A stretch of 64,000 nt of DNA, taken from contig CAZWEM010000017.1 in assembly GCA_964632315.1 (NCBI GenBank), forward strand, positions 10,879-74,878. Direction: 5' to 3'. Position numbers and translations under genes: made by a program. Of the stretch, positions 61,542 through 64,000 are shown piece by piece (the stretch's first letter is position 1; each line of letters opens with the position of its first letter). The notes under the pieces were generated by a model that was not told where the DNA came from, did not search any database, and saw nothing but the letters and a program-made list of their open reading frames with translations. The stretch is from an uncultured archaeon (GTDB lineage: Archaea > Asgardarchaeota > Lokiarchaeia > Sigyniarchaeales > SOKP01).

Positions 61542-61871
61542 ATGATGGATTTCTTCAAAAATCATAAAAAACCACTCATCTATGCGTTAATCATAATTGC
61601 TATCTTTATCGTTGTATTTGCCATAGGCTTTCCTTTAGGATTTCTTACTCAAGATCCTGATGGTCTTGAAAGAGTTATTATCGATTTTCGGGGAGAAACT
61701 TGGTTAGAAAACTTGGAAAGCGTTTGGTTTCCAATACTGAGCTGGATACAGAATGAGTATGTCGCTGGGATTCTTGGAATTGTAATTACATTAATCATAA
61801 CAATTGGAGCATTTAAATTGTTAAAATTTGCGAGATCTAAAAAAGAAAAGGTTAATTCTTTGCCAGAATAA
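61542..61871 (+). CDS. PDGLE-domain accessory subunit (NikN-like)
   Basis: Two TM flanking DPDGLER; 5 nt after the S component gene. Confidence 0.85.
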   Translation: MMDFFKNHKKPLIYALIIIAIFIVVFAIGFPLGFLTQDPDGLERVIIDFRGETWLENLESVWFPILSWIQNEYVAGILGIVITLIITIGAFKLLKFARSKKEKVNSLPE

Positions 61872-62001
61872 CTCTTTTTACTGTAACTCTTTATCTTTCT
61901 TTTCTTCTTTAAAGGATTCTAAAAAACTATTAATAAATCTATTGATTTGAACATTTGTATCTCGACCCTTCGAGTTATTTAGGCGCTTAAACTTTAAGAT
62001 T

Positions 62002-62376
62002 TTACCTGCTTCTTAAATAATTATTTTGGGATCTAAAAGGAACACATGTAGGAAAGCCTCGAATAAATTCTCTATATGCTTCACTTTCTTTTCCTTGGTT
62101 TAGCAATCGCCAAACTCTTTCCAAGTCATCTCTCTGTTTCTCTAATATTTCTAACCGCCTAATTTTTATCAGATCTCTATTTTGTTCCTTAAATTGGTTT
62201 AAATTACTGAAGTATGGCATTTGTAAGGAATACTTGAAAAAATCATCAGGATTATCTTTAAAATCTCTAAAATCTTTAAAACAACCTTCTATAAAAACTC
62301 CATTTCTTGGATCTCGAGGATTCTTTGGAGTAGAAATGCTTTTGCTTCTTGTTTTTAATCTAAAAATTCTTGACAC
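62002..62376 (-). CDS. Hypothetical basic protein
   Basis: 124-aa ORF from GTG; no motif recognised. Confidence 0.45.
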   Translation of the reverse strand: MSRIFRLKTRSKSISTPKNPRDPRNGVFIEGCFKDFRDFKDNPDDFFKYSLQMPYFSNLNQFKEQNRDLIKIRRLEILEKQRDDLERVWRLLNQGKESEAYREFIRGFPTCVPFRSQNNYLRSR

Positions 62377-62477
62377 CGGAATCTATTGGATTAAAAAATA
62401 TAGTAATTTCACGCATAAAAGTATAATTGTGATATATCCAAAGCAAAAAATTTTGTTAATTGAGAATTACAGAGTAG

Positions 62478-62939
62478 TTATTCAATCTTTTCGATTTTCT
62501 TTCCGCAATCAGGACAATAAACTGCATCTGGAGATAGATTAGATCCACAATAACTACAATAGCGAATTTTAACTCTATTTCTTATAAAAGATTCAGCTTT
62601 GTAAGGATCCGATTCATTTTCTTCATATCTCATTTCTTTTTCAACTTTCTTATTAATCATATGGTGCATTTGATTATTATATTGGTACGGGTAGGGTCTT
62701 CGATTAAATCTTTCAGACTTGACAGAGAAAGCTAATACAACTATAAAGGCAATGAAAAAAACAATGATAGTTCCAAATATAATGGATATGCGAAAATTAG
62801 CAAACCAATTGAATATGCCAAATTGCGAAACTAAAATCATAATACTCAATAACACTAAAACGATTAATGCAATTATTATTCCCTTTTTACGATGATTGTA
62901 ATTTCCACCTTGTGATGCTACTACTGGAATCCAAGCCAT
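62478..62939 (-). CDS. 2-TM protein with C-terminal zinc ribbon
   Basis: Two TM; YCSYCG-x9-CPDCG; GAGGTTGA upstream. Confidence 0.8.
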   Translation of the reverse strand: MAWIPVVASQGGNYNHRKKGIIIALIVLVLLSIMILVSQFGIFNWFANFRISIIFGTIIVFFIAFIVVLAFSVKSERFNRRPYPYQYNNQMHHMINKKVEKEMRYEENESDPYKAESFIRNRVKIRYCSYCGSNLSPDAVYCPDCGKKIEKIE

Positions 62940-63114
62940 TTTTTTATTTTATCAACCTCTTATATTTTTTATAATATTTTAATATATGCATATATAAATC
63001 AATATATAAATATTAATACAAGAATTATGTATTGGAAAACACGTGATTCAAAATATATTATAAGTATATATAAATATATATTGTGAAATTGAGTCCTTTC
63101 AATTTAGAAACTTA

Positions 63115-63260
63115 TTATTTCTCTTGAAGTTGTTGTTTAATTAAATCGAATAACTCGTTTTCACTGTATTCTTCGTCCTTAATTGATAATTTAATTAGAC
63201 TTCTTGATATACCGATCTTTTTCGAAAGAAGTTCTCCTAAATAAAAATAAAAAAAATCAT
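63115..63260 (-). pseudogene. Possible short gene or remnant frameshifted in a T homopolymer
   Basis: Protein-like 41-codon frame LGELLSKKIGISRSLIKLSIKDEEYSENELFDLIKQQLQEK ending TAA-TAA; ATG at 63260 is one base out of frame across a T8 run. Confidence 0.3.
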
Positions 63261-63274
63261 AAAAAAAAATATGA

Positions 63275-64000
63275 TTAATCTGAATGCGCACTAATAATTA
63301 AGTCAGCAAATAATTTCATATCATTTAATAAAGTATTGAGCTTTTCCTGTGATACTGCTTCAAGTTCTCCTGATTTCATGACAAGCACTGAAATAATATA
63401 CTTGAAGATATATAGCTCTATCTCTTTTCCATCCTCATTTTGGCCACTAAACGAAGCTGAATCTGACATGAAAATGTTTTCTCTTACTGTATTACATGCA
63501 TTAATAAAATCTCGAAGATCTCCTCTTAGAGTCAATCCACTGCTCACTCCCTGAACATTATGAACAATCACGTTTCCAGATACATCAGAAATAATTATTT
63601 TTGCTTTAACTTCTTCTAATTGCTTTTCTGCTTTTTCAACATGTGCTTTTAACTCCGTGTATGAGGAAATTAAAATATCTCTAAATGTTTTAGCTAATTC
63701 ATCTTGTTGATAAATACTAGTTAATCTATAATTAAATTCATAATCCTTGAAAATGTCTAAAAAGATTTCCTTTGCTTTATTAACGTTAGTATCAAGGAGT
63801 TCCTTCTGATACTTTTCTGTATCGTACTTGTGAAGGAATAAAAATACCTTGGGTTTCTCGTTATTTTTTCTATAAATATCTAATAATCCTATAAAATATT
63901 CTTTAGCTTGCTCAAAATTGTTGGGATCATGGAGATCTACAATTGGGATGAGAATATCAGTACCCTTAAATATCTCTGGCTTCTCCATGTATTCTTTTCT
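63275..64000 (-). CDS. Rag/Gtr-like small GTPase with C-terminal roadblock-like domain (5'-truncated by window edge)
   Basis: EIFKGTDILIPIVD, FLFLHKYD (HKxD G4), TSIY (G5), then IIISDVSGNVIV roadblock-like; frame open to 64000. Confidence 0.75.
   Translation of the reverse strand, partial: RKEYMEKPEIFKGTDILIPIVDLHDPNNFEQAKEYFIGLLDIYRKNNEKPKVFLFLHKYDTEKYQKELLDTNVNKAKEIFLDIFKDYEFNYRLTSIYQQDELAKTFRDILISSYTELKAHVEKAEKQLEEVKAKIIISDVSGNVIVHNVQGVSSGLTLRGDLRDFINACNTVRENIFMSDSASFSGQNEDGKEIELYIFKYIISVLVMKSGELEAVSQEKLNTLLNDMKLFADLIISAHSD

Noticed and set aside
61961-61974. Hairpin CTCGA-CCCT-TCGAG between convergent genes
   Set aside because: A 5-bp stem is expected by chance; insufficient for a terminator or ncRNA call
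22906-63554. Remaining short ORF-track entries overlapping called genes (e.g. 22906-23127, 26748-27092, 30487-31479, 38836-39150, 41150-41616, 58560-58892, 62234-62542, 63336-63554)
   Set aside because: Antisense or alternate-frame shadows without independent support
1-64000. Selenoproteins/SECIS elements (known in Lokiarchaeia)
   Set aside because: All TGA-terminated genes end at plausible natural C-termini, no selenoprotein family was recognised, and SECIS folding cannot be evaluated by eye

Overview
AT-rich archaeal chromosomal segment, most likely from an Asgard archaeon (Lokiarchaeia-like). The assignment is inferred from archaeal uL16/rpl10e together with a profilin-like protein, an arrestin-fold protein, an MglA-like GTPase, a Rag-like GTPase with a roadblock-like C-terminus, and many zinc-ribbon membrane proteins. 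The window contains: a 3398-aa surface protein with 33 Ig-like repeats; a split dnaK/grpE/dnaJ locus; a B12 acyl-CoA mutase operon with isobutyryl-CoA-mutase-type active-site residues; a radical SAM/sulfatase pair; an ADP-forming acyl-CoA synthetase alpha homolog missing its phospho-His loop; a non-pyrrolysine MttB plus UroD/MtaA-family pair with an anomalous ATG-TGA start; a glycosyltransferase-sulfotransferase fusion plus a second sulfotransferase; four GNATs; a thiolase; and a divergent ECF Ni/Co transporter. The strongest candidate for a new system is a receptor-like caspase-family protease (signal, C14 domain split by a CUB-like insert, Ca-binding repeats, TM, cytoplasmic zinc ribbon) lying directly downstream of a profilin-like gene. 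I also read four microproteins missing from the ORF track. I saw no rRNA, tRNA, CRISPR array or mobile element. All calls come from motif recognition by eye; no database searches were run.
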